Assembly: GCA_039638295.1 (NCBI GenBank)
Contig: JBDIWJ010000041.1
Location: 1 to 14,238, forward strand
DNA: 14,238 nucleotides
Direction: 5' to 3'
Source: Candidatus Phoenicimicrobium oleiphilum
GTDB taxonomy: Bacteria; Atribacterota; Phoenicimicrobiia; Phoenicimicrobiales; Phoenicimicrobiaceae
Made by a program: the position numbers and the translations under genes. The notes beneath the pieces were generated by a model. The model made no database searches, had not been told where the DNA came from, and worked only from the letters and a program-made list of their open reading frames with translations. Positions 7,790 to 14,238 of the stretch are shown in pieces. Within the stretch, counting starts at the first letter, position 1, and each line of letters opens with the position of its first letter.

Positions 7790-8632
7790 TTGAAAATTAT
7801 ACTTTCTAAAGAAATAGGATTTTGTTTTGGAGTAAAAAATTCTGTAAGCATAGCTACAAAGGTTTTAAAAGAAAATAAAAAAAGTGTTTATATGTTAGGT
7901 CCGATAATACATAATCCTCAAGTTATGGAAAATTTTAAAAAAGAGGGGGTAAGGATTGTAGATAGAGTAGAGGAGATACCTGAAAAAAGTACTGTAATAA
8001 CCAGAGCCCATGGTGTTTCTTATTCTATATTGCATCAAGCACTTGAAAAAAATTTATCTATAGTCGATACAACTTGCCCTTATGTTAAAAAAGTGCAAAA
8101 AATTGCAGAATATCTAAATAAAAATAACTACTTTGTAGTCATATTCGGTGATAAAATGCATCCTGAAATAGTAAGTCTTTTAGATATTATCAATAATAAT
8201 GCTCTGGTAGTTGATAAGGTGACTGAAATAAAGAAAATAAAATATCAGAAAAAAATTGGCTTCATTTCTCAAACTACCAAAAATATTTACAATTTCGAGA
8301 AATTATCTTCTAAATTATTAGACAAAACAGAAGAATTAAGAATATTTAATACTATATGTAAAGCTACTGTAGAAAGACAAAAGAGTGTCATTAAATTAGC
8401 AAGACAGGTAGACATAATAGTGGTAATTGGAGGAAGAAAAAGTGCTAATACTTCTCGATTAGTGGAAATATGTCGCCAGCAAGGAGTAAAGACATACCAC
8501 ATTGAAACAAAAGACCAGATGAAATACAAATGGTTTCATCCCGAAGATAATGTTGGGATTACCAGTGGTGCCTCTACTCCTGATTGGGTAATTAACGAAG
8601 TTATAAATAAACTTAAAGAATGGTATAATTAA
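7790..8632 (+). CDS. ispH: 4-hydroxy-3-methylbut-2-enyl diphosphate reductase (IspH/LytB)
   Basis: GFCFGV, GPIIHNPQV, RAHG, DTTCPYV, HPE, SQTT, NTICKAT, SANT, GITSGASTPDW; three Fe-S cysteines; TTG start. Confidence 0.96.
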   Translation: MKIILSKEIGFCFGVKNSVSIATKVLKENKKSVYMLGPIIHNPQVMENFKKEGVRIVDRVEEIPEKSTVITRAHGVSYSILHQALEKNLSIVDTTCPYVKKVQKIAEYLNKNNYFVVIFGDKMHPEIVSLLDIINNNALVVDKVTEIKKIKYQKKIGFISQTTKNIYNFEKLSSKLLDKTEELRIFNTICKATVERQKSVIKLARQVDIIVVIGGRKSANTSRLVEICRQQGVKTYHIETKDQMKYKWFHPEDNVGITSGASTPDWVINEVINKLKEWYN

Positions 8633-8817
8633 ACAACCTTCTTTACTTTACCCGCTTTTAAGCAACTGGTACAAACATTAATTTTTTTAACAGTATTATT
8701 AACAGATGCTTTTACTTTTTGAATATTGGGTGACCATTTTCTATTAGTAACTTTATGGGAATGACTTATTTTATTACCAAATTGCGGTCCTTTACCACAA
8801 ATTTCACATTTAGCCAT
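8629..8817 (-). CDS. rpmB: 50S ribosomal protein L28 (cysteine-containing form)
   Basis: MAKCEICGKGPQFGNKISHSH..RKWSPNIQ..VCTSCLKAGKV; SD AGGAGG at 8833-8828. Confidence 0.96.
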   Translation of the reverse strand: MAKCEICGKGPQFGNKISHSHKVTNRKWSPNIQKVKASVNNTVKKINVCTSCLKAGKVKKVV

Positions 8818-8845
8818 TTTATTTTATCCTCCTGCCTATTGTAAT

Positions 8846-8884
8846 ATTGTCCGGGGAGTAAACTCCCCTAAAATCCATCTACAG
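8846..8884 (-). repeat. Hairpin repeat family B, copy 2 (upstream of rpmB)
   Basis: Minus strand reads ctgtagatggattttaggggagtttactccccggacaat. Confidence 0.8.
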
Positions 8885-8967
8885 TTTTGGTTGTTGCTTT
8901 TCGGTTTTATATAATAACTTTCTTGATCGATATGAACTAGTTAAAAACCATTCTTTATTTAAAAAAA

Positions 8968-9012
8968 TATTTTAGAGTATCGGAATTTTTGAAATTCCGA
9001 TACTCTAAAATA
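8968..9012 (-). repeat. Palindromic repeat family A, copy 2 (perfect 21-bp inverted repeat)
   Basis: tattttagagtatcggaattt-ttg-aaattccgatactctaaaata; loop ttg is the reverse complement of the caa loop in copies 1 and 3. Confidence 0.9.
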
Positions 9013-9025
9013 ATCAAACCATAAC

Positions 9026-9055
9026 ATTTTAACATATTATAAAGGGGCTTGGCAA
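9026..9055 (-). promoter_or_regulatory. Putative sigma70 promoter for rpmB
   Basis: Minus strand TTGCCA (9055-9050), 18-nt spacer ending TGt, then TAAAAT (9031-9026). Confidence 0.45.
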
Positions 9056-9077
9056 GTGATAATTTTAAGTTTATAAT
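9049..9077 (+). promoter_or_regulatory. Putative sigma70 promoter for rsmD-coaD
   Basis: TTGGCA (9049-9054), 17 nt, TATAAT (9072-9077). Confidence 0.6.
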
Positions 9078-9140
9078 AAAAAACGTAAATATATATTTAA
9101 CTTAGCAGGTAGCGTATAGTAGAAAAAGGGTAGAACAAAA

Positions 9141-9692
9141 ATGATGAAAATTGTAGCAGGGAAAAACAAAGGAAATAAATTAAAATCACCTAAGGATTTA
9201 TCCATTCGCCCTACTTCTCAAAAAGTAAGAGAAGCTTTATTTGATATTATTGGAAGATCTATTGAAGGTGCTTATTTTTTAGATTTGTTTGCGGGGACAG
9301 GAGCAGTAGGAATTGAAGCTTTAAGTAGAGGAGCAAAAAAAGCAATATTTATTGATAAAGAAGTAAAATGTATAGGTATCATAAAAGAAAATTTGAAAAG
9401 GACTAAAAATAGTCAAAATGCTGAAGTATGTAAGGGTAATTTTTTATCTGGCCTGAAATTATTATCTAAAAAGAATTATCTTTTAGATTACATCTTTATT
9501 GATCCGCCTTATAATAGGGGTTTAGTTAATATTTCTTTAGCAGAGATCTCAAAATTGCCTATTTTGAAAGAAAGTAGTATAGTAATTGTACAACATTATA
9601 AAAAAGAGGAAATTAAGGATAATATAGGTAATTTAAAATTATTTAAACAAAAAAGTTATGGCAAGTGTCAATTATCTTTTTTTGCTATTTAA
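9141..9692 (+). CDS. rsmD: 16S rRNA m2G966 methyltransferase RsmD
   Basis: MKIVAGKNKG, RPTSQKVREALF, LDLFAGTGAVGIEALSRGA, FIDPPY; adjacent to coaD. Confidence 0.95.
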   Translation: MMKIVAGKNKGNKLKSPKDLSIRPTSQKVREALFDIIGRSIEGAYFLDLFAGTGAVGIEALSRGAKKAIFIDKEVKCIGIIKENLKRTKNSQNAEVCKGNFLSGLKLLSKKNYLLDYIFIDPPYNRGLVNISLAEISKLPILKESSIVIVQHYKKEEIKDNIGNLKLFKQKSYGKCQLSFFAI

Positions 9693-9729
9693 GAGTATCG
9701 GGATTTCAAAAATTCAAATACTCTTAAAT
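9687..9729 (+). repeat. Palindromic repeat family A, copy 3 (degenerate; contains the rsmD stop codon)
   Basis: atttaagagtatcgggattt-caa-aaattcaaatactcttaaat. Confidence 0.8.
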
Positions 9730-9731
9730 GA

Positions 9732-9767
9732 ACTCTTATGCCTATTTTTACGAGCATAAACTTAAAA
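9732..9767 (+). repeat. Palindromic repeat family D, copy 2 (follows family A)
   Basis: actcttatgcctatttttacgagcataaacttaaaa; ttatgc/gcataa stem; similar to 3721-3754. Confidence 0.55.
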
Positions 9768-9843
9768 TAAAAGCGATGGATTCTAACAAGTAAATCGTAA
9801 TTCAGGAAAAGTTTGTATAAAATTTAAAATAAATAATCAAAAG

Positions 9844-9884
9844 CATAGAGGAGTTTCAGGGGGGTGACCCCCTTGACCATCTTG
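9844..9884 (+). repeat. Hairpin repeat family B, copy 3 (variant, next to the coaD SD)
   Basis: catagaggagtttcaggggggtgacccccttgaccatcttg; stem 9856-9864/9868-9876. Confidence 0.65.
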
Positions 9885-9898
9885 CAAAAGGAGGAACA

Positions 9899-10378
9899 AT
9901 GAAAATAGCAGTTTACCCTGGTAGCTTTGATCCAGTTACCAATGGTCACCTCAATATTATTGAGAGGGCAATCAATATTTTTGATGAATTAATAGTTGCA
10001 GTGGCAGTTAATCCTAACAAATCTACTTTATTTTCTGCTCAAGAAAGAATATATATGATAAAAGAAGTTACTAAGAATTTAGAAAAAGTTAAAGTACAAA
10101 AATTTTCAGGTCTTTTAATTGATTTTATGAAAAAAAACAAAGCTAATGTTATCATCAGGGGGATGAGGGCTATCTCTGATTTTGAACATGAATCACAATT
10201 AGCTTTAATGAATAAAAAACTTGCTCCAGAAATAGAAACAATTTTTATGGTTACCTGTTCTAAATACGCTTATTTAAATTCAAGTATTGTTAAAGAAATT
10301 GCCAGTCTAAACGGTTGTATCACTCAATTAGTTCCAGAAATTGTAGAAAAGAAGTTACGGGAAAAATTCGTAATTTAG
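9899..10378 (+). CDS. coaD: Phosphopantetheine adenylyltransferase
   Basis: [51 protein letters not shown] at 9888-9894. Confidence 0.97.
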   Translation: MKIAVYPGSFDPVTNGHLNIIERAINIFDELIVAVAVNPNKSTLFSAQERIYMIKEVTKNLEKVKVQKFSGLLIDFMKKNKANVIIRGMRAISDFEHESQLALMNKKLAPEIETIFMVTCSKYAYLNSSIVKEIASLNGCITQLVPEIVEKKLREKFVI

Positions 10379-10483
10379 AACATTAAGAATTTTTCATAAA
10401 TCGTTTAATTTTCTCCTAATTATTTTCTAATAAGTTGAAGATAATTTTGGGATTATAATCCAAAAAGGGGATAAAATGTTAAT

Positions 10484-10509
10484 GTAGGGGTACGATGCAT
10501 CGTGCCCAC
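10484..10509 (+). repeat. GTAG-type REP-like palindrome (family C), copy 2
   Basis: gtag-gggtacgatgcatcgtgccc-ac; 23/26 identical to 3895-3920. Confidence 0.8.
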
Positions 10510-10522
10510 CGGAGAAATAAAG

Positions 10523-10565
10523 ACACAGAGGTTTTAGAGGGGATTTTATTTCCCTGACAACCTTC
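10523..10565 (+). repeat. Hairpin repeat family B, copy 4 (degenerate)
   Basis: acacagaggttttagaggggattttatttccctgacaaccttc. Confidence 0.65.
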
Positions 10566-10579
10566 TATATATTTAATAA

Positions 10580-11584
10580 TTGCGAGAAATAATGCTATAT
10601 ATCAAGAAATATTTTTTAATTATTATAGTTATAATTATAATTTTACTAAACATAATTCCCACTCCTTATTATCTTATTGCCCCTGGTAAAGCTATTAACC
10701 TGAGCCAATATATTATAGTTGAAAATGGAGAAAAAGACGCACGGGGGAAATTTCTTCTAACTTCAACCACTTTATTGCGAGCGAATTTATGGTTATATAT
10801 TTATAGTTTTCTTGATCCCAACATTGAATTAGAAAGCAAAAGTGACAAAATACCTGAAGAAATGGATCAAGAAGAATATATGGATATTATGACCAGGATG
10901 ATGGAAGAAAGTCAGTTGATTGCAAAAATAGTTGCTTTAAGAGAAGCTGGATATAATCCAGAATTGACTGGAAGAGGGGTAATAGTTAATAGAATATTAG
11001 ATAACAGCCCAGCAAAGGGTAAATTAATGCCAGGTGATGTAATTATCAGGGTAAATGATCAACCTGTCTTTACGATAGAGGAATTTTCCAAATTGGTGCA
11101 AGGTTCAGATACAAACCAATTTATCAAGATAACATTTATAAGAAATAATATTTCATACAATATAACAGTTCCCCTTATTAAACTTCAAACCGGTGATTAT
11201 ACCACAGAGAAATTAGGTATTGGTATTTATACTACTACCAAGGACCTTCAATGTAAATTTCCCTTAAAAGTAGATATTAATTTAAATCAAATAAAAGGAC
11301 CTTCTGCAGGATTAATGATAGCTTTGGAAATACTAAATCAACTAACCGAAAATGATTTGAGTAGTGGCCTGGTAATTGCTGGTACAGGTAATTTAGGAAT
11401 TGATGGAAAAATAACTAAAGTAGATGGAATAAAACAAAAAATTATTTCTGCTAAAAAACAAAAAGCTGATGTATTTATAGTACCAAAAGAAAATTATTCA
11501 GAGGCTAATAGATATAGCCAAGATATAAAAGTGATACCTGTAGAAAATTTTGATGAGGCAATAATGAAATTAATAAAGTTATAG
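10580..11584 (+). CDS. Membrane-anchored PDZ-domain Lon-like (S16) protease, YlbL type
   Basis: N-terminal TM helix, PYYLIAPG, PDZ (SPAKGKLMPGDVIIRVND), KGPSAGL (Ser) and VDGIKQKI (Lys) dyad; position between coaD and tmcAL; start may be the ATG at 10592. Confidence 0.88.
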   Translation: MREIMLYIKKYFLIIIVIIIILLNIIPTPYYLIAPGKAINLSQYIIVENGEKDARGKFLLTSTTLLRANLWLYIYSFLDPNIELESKSDKIPEEMDQEEYMDIMTRMMEESQLIAKIVALREAGYNPELTGRGVIVNRILDNSPAKGKLMPGDVIIRVNDQPVFTIEEFSKLVQGSDTNQFIKITFIRNNISYNITVPLIKLQTGDYTTEKLGIGIYTTTKDLQCKFPLKVDINLNQIKGPSAGLMIALEILNQLTENDLSSGLVIAGTGNLGIDGKITKVDGIKQKIISAKKQKADVFIVPKENYSEANRYSQDIKVIPVENFDEAIMKLIKL

Positions 11585-11616
11585 AATTGTCAGGAGAGTA
11601 AACTCCCCTGACAATT
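11585..11616. repeat. Family B symmetric copy; possible bidirectional terminator between convergent genes
   Basis: aattgtcaggagagt-aa-actcccctgacaatt: 15-bp arms with 1 mismatch; fills the gap between the two stop codons; no strong U-tract. Confidence 0.75.
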
Positions 11617-12949
11617 ACCCATTTTCGCTCGTACAAGTTTTTCTGATTATTTTGTGGGTAAAATCAAGTCGGGCAATTCTATCTTTTTCCTCTCTATACC
11701 CCAGGACATATATGTCGGTTGAAAGAATATCTAAGTTAAGCATTTTTAATAACATTTCGTTATCACTGTTTTTGTAAAAGTTTATTTTTTTTAAGTAATT
11801 AGATAATTTAGTTACGAGGGGTATAGTTGAGTTCTTTTTAATAATTCTTAGAACTTTTTTACCTTTTTTTGAGAAACCCAATACTCTAATATATGGAGGC
11901 CCCAGTTTATTAAAATATACTAACTCATCTTTGGTAAGCCCCATCATTGTGTGAAGGAGTATTCGTTGAATTTTAGTTCGAGTATACCTTCTTGTTTTGA
12001 TGGAATTAATTAGTTGTTCAACTGTTGAAGATTTAAGAGAGGCCTTCTTTATTCTATTTTCTAAACCTTCATTCACTCCATTGATATGTAAAATATCTTC
12101 TAACGACATCTTTCTTAATATACCGAGAATGTATTGTTCATAAGATTCAAAGGTAATTGGATTCCTTCCTTCCTTAAACTCTTTTTCTAAAAGAGAATAG
12201 GTGGAAGAGGGGATTGCCTGTTTTATCTTAGGTCCAAGATTTGAAAGATTGTATCCAGATGAAAGGAAATTGTTCATAATATCATTCCTGATTGAAGTAG
12301 CACTGGAGATATTTCCACTAAGAGTTTGTTGGTGATAATTTGCACCAATTCTTTTTATAGGTACAGGTACAATTTTACTATTTAAATTTAATAAATGTTT
12401 AATATATTCTAAGGCTAAAATATTATTGGGATAGTTTAATATTTCACGTAATCTTGATGGAGACAATTTTTTTAGATTTTCTATACCAAAAGTCTTATGA
12501 TATTCACACAAAGCTTGTGCCCTGGCCCTGGGATATTCATAACCATTCTTGCATTTTTGTTTAATTATCTCTTTGTATTCTTGCTTTTCAATCTGTAAAA
12601 ATTTGCTTATAGGATAAAGAATATCAAGATCAGCAGTTTCGCAACCAAAACAAAGATAATCTATAATCTGAAGAGAATCTAATAGTTTAACGGCTCCGAA
12701 AGCAAAACCATTGGCATCTTGGGTAGAAAAGACAAAAGGCAGTTCTATTACTAAATCAATACCTGAATTTAAGGCCATTTCAGCTCTTATCCATTTATTA
12801 ATAATTGCAGGCTCTCCTCTTTGCAGAAAATTTCCACTCATAACCGCCACAACATAGTCTGCTTGAGTGACCTTTTTTGCTTCAGAAAGATGGTAAAAAT
12901 GGCCATTATGAAAAGGATTATATTCAGCAATAATACCTAATATTTTCAT
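11615..12949 (-). CDS. tmcAL: tRNA(Met) cytidine acetate ligase (YlbM/UPF0348, HIGH nucleotidyltransferase)
   Basis: GIIAEYNPFHNGHFYH, VMSGNFLQRGEPA, DLVIELP, PNNILALEY, SSATSIR, EGLENRI, KTRRYTRTKIQR, YIRVLGF. Confidence 0.92.
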   Translation of the reverse strand: MKILGIIAEYNPFHNGHFYHLSEAKKVTQADYVVAVMSGNFLQRGEPAIINKWIRAEMALNSGIDLVIELPFVFSTQDANGFAFGAVKLLDSLQIIDYLCFGCETADLDILYPISKFLQIEKQEYKEIIKQKCKNGYEYPRARAQALCEYHKTFGIENLKKLSPSRLREILNYPNNILALEYIKHLLNLNSKIVPVPIKRIGANYHQQTLSGNISSATSIRNDIMNNFLSSGYNLSNLGPKIKQAIPSSTYSLLEKEFKEGRNPITFESYEQYILGILRKMSLEDILHINGVNEGLENRIKKASLKSSTVEQLINSIKTRRYTRTKIQRILLHTMMGLTKDELVYFNKLGPPYIRVLGFSKKGKKVLRIIKKNSTIPLVTKLSNYLKKINFYKNSDNEMLLKMLNLDILSTDIYVLGYREEKDRIARLDFTHKIIRKTCTSENG

Positions 12950-12976
12950 AATTTTCTCGAATTAAAAGAAATTTTA

Positions 12977-12989
12977 TGTTATAATTATA
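12977..12989. promoter_or_regulatory. Overlapping divergent -10 boxes for pta (+, extended) and tmcAL (-)
   Basis: TGTTATAAT on + (12977-12985) and TATAAT on - (12989-12984) within the palindrome tataattata. Confidence 0.45.
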
Positions 12990-13047
12990 CAAAATTTGTA
13001 AAAAAAATGATAGTAAAATAAAAAATATAATTAAGAAGGAGGAAGAA

Positions 13048-14049
13048 ATGAAAATATCTCAAATTATTCGAGAAAAGGCGAAAAAAAATCCCAAAGTTAT
13101 TGTACTTCCAGAAGGTGAAGAACCGCGAATGATTAAAGCATCTGAAACAATTATTAAGGAGGGTTTTGCAAATTTAATTTTTTTAGGTAGGGAAGAAAAA
13201 ATAAAATCTATTGCCAAAGATATGGGAATTGATTTTTCAGAGAAAATAAAAATTATTAATCCGAATAATTCGGATAAAATAAAAAAATATGCTGAAACAT
13301 ATTACCAATTACGCAAAAATAAAGGACTGAGTTTGAATGAAGCCTACCAGCTCCTCAAAAATCCTCTTTATTTTGGTGCGTTAATGGTTTATCATGGCGA
13401 TGCAGATGGGTTAGTTGCTGGCTCAATTAATGCTACTGGTGATGTTTTTAGGCCGGCATTACAAACCATTAAAACTGCTCCTGGTATACAAATTGTTTCA
13501 AGTTGTTTTATAATGGTAGTACCTGACTGTCCATATGGAGACAATGGGGTTATTGTATTCGCTGATTGTGCGATAAATCCAGAACCTAATGCTGAGCAAC
13601 TGGCTGATATAGCTATTGCTAGTGCTGAGACTGGAAAAATTCTAATAGGCATTGAACCAAGAGTTGCTATGTTATCATTTTCTACTAAAGGAAGCGCAAA
13701 ACATTCCTTAGTGGAAAAAGTGGTAGAAGCTACTAAAATTGCGAGAGAAAAGAAGCCCGACCTACTTATTGATGGAGAACTGCAAGCTGATGCTGCGCTG
13801 ATTCCCTCAATTGGAAAAAGAAAAGCGCCAGATAGCAAAATTGCGGGGAAAGCAAATGTTTTAATATTCCCTGATTTACAATCGGGAAATATTGCCTATA
13901 AATTAGTAGAAAGATTAGCAAAAGCCGAAGCAATTGGTCCAATATCTCAGGGAATGAGAAAACCGATTAATGACCTTTCTCGAGGTTGTAGTGCAGAAGA
14001 TATAGTTAATGTTGTTGCAATTACTGTGTTACAAGCAGGTGGAGTATAA
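13048..14049 (+). CDS. pta: Phosphate acetyltransferase
   Basis: IVLPEGEEPR, FADCAINPEP, RVAMLSFSTKGS, DGELQADAA, FPDLQSGNIAYK, NDLSRGCS; SD AAGGAGG. Confidence 0.97.
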   Translation: MKISQIIREKAKKNPKVIVLPEGEEPRMIKASETIIKEGFANLIFLGREEKIKSIAKDMGIDFSEKIKIINPNNSDKIKKYAETYYQLRKNKGLSLNEAYQLLKNPLYFGALMVYHGDADGLVAGSINATGDVFRPALQTIKTAPGIQIVSSCFIMVVPDCPYGDNGVIVFADCAINPEPNAEQLADIAIASAETGKILIGIEPRVAMLSFSTKGSAKHSLVEKVVEATKIAREKKPDLLIDGELQADAALIPSIGKRKAPDSKIAGKANVLIFPDLQSGNIAYKLVERLAKAEAIGPISQGMRKPINDLSRGCSAEDIVNVVAITVLQAGGV

Positions 14050-14142
14050 AGAATATAGTAACCATTAAGGATATATGCAAATAATTAAAATTAAATTAGA
14101 ATAAAGTCCAAATGAGATTAAAAATAAGGAAGGCTAAATATT

Positions 14143-14238
14143 ATGATCATCTTATCTTTAAACTGTGGCAGCTCCTCAGCAAAATACCAACTTTACAACT
14201 GGGACAAAAAAGAGATAATTGCTAAAGGGATAGTAGAG
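14143..14238 (+). CDS. ackA: Acetate kinase, 5' fragment (runs off the window)
   Basis: Manual translation [32 protein letters not shown]; NxGSSSxK phosphate-1 motif; directly after pta. Confidence 0.92.
   Translation, partial: MIILSLNCGSSSAKYQLYNWDKKEIIAKGIVE

Noticed and set aside
10374..10420. Possible fourth, decayed family A copy after coaD (ttagaacattaagaattttt...)
   Set aside because: Only weak left-arm similarity in AT-rich DNA and no matching right arm.
3677..11616. CRISPR array from the palindromic repeats
   Set aside because: Copies are dispersed over kilobases and degenerate, with no regular repeat-spacer period and no cas genes.
12996..13013. Rex operator upstream of pta
   Set aside because: Only the left half resembles TTGTTAA-N4-TTAACAA; the right half matches poorly and the DNA is very AT-rich.
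1202..13838. Antisense ORFs in the track (1202-1390, 2138-2335, 4536-4727, 5350-5568, 6798-7052, 7062-7292, 8287-8529, 13392-13838)
   Set aside because: They lie opposite well-conserved genes and have no recognisable motifs. 6798-7052 merely begins in the heptamer array.
1..14238. Novel multi-gene defence, mobile or biosynthetic system
   Set aside because: Every long ORF belongs to a recognisable housekeeping family; any novelty is limited to the non-coding repeats and the scpA/scpB junction.

Overview
AT-rich bacterial chromosome window made mostly of housekeeping genes. In order: DHH-CBS-tRNA nucleotidyltransferase, M50 site-2 protease, trpS, scpA, scpB, rluB-type pseudouridine synthase, cmk, ispH, rpmB (minus strand), rsmD, coaD, a PDZ/Lon-like YlbL protease, tmcAL (minus strand), pta and the 5' end of ackA. 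I see no transposase, CRISPR array, tRNA or rRNA, and no new multi-gene system. A putative Fe-S TrpRS and pta-ackA suggest an anaerobe (inference). The unexplained signals are as follows. (1) scpB has no in-frame ATG/GTG/TTG upstream of its conserved N-terminal motif. The scpA/scpB junction carries an SD-like AAGGAG 10 nt before a T_TTA_AAG slippery heptamer whose -1 frame is scpB. This could be a programmed frameshift, a non-canonical start or a single-base error. (2) Most larger intergenic gaps contain modular palindromic repeats: at least four families, some with compensatory base changes and one resembling GTAG-type REPs, plus inverted arrays of degenerate 7-mers.
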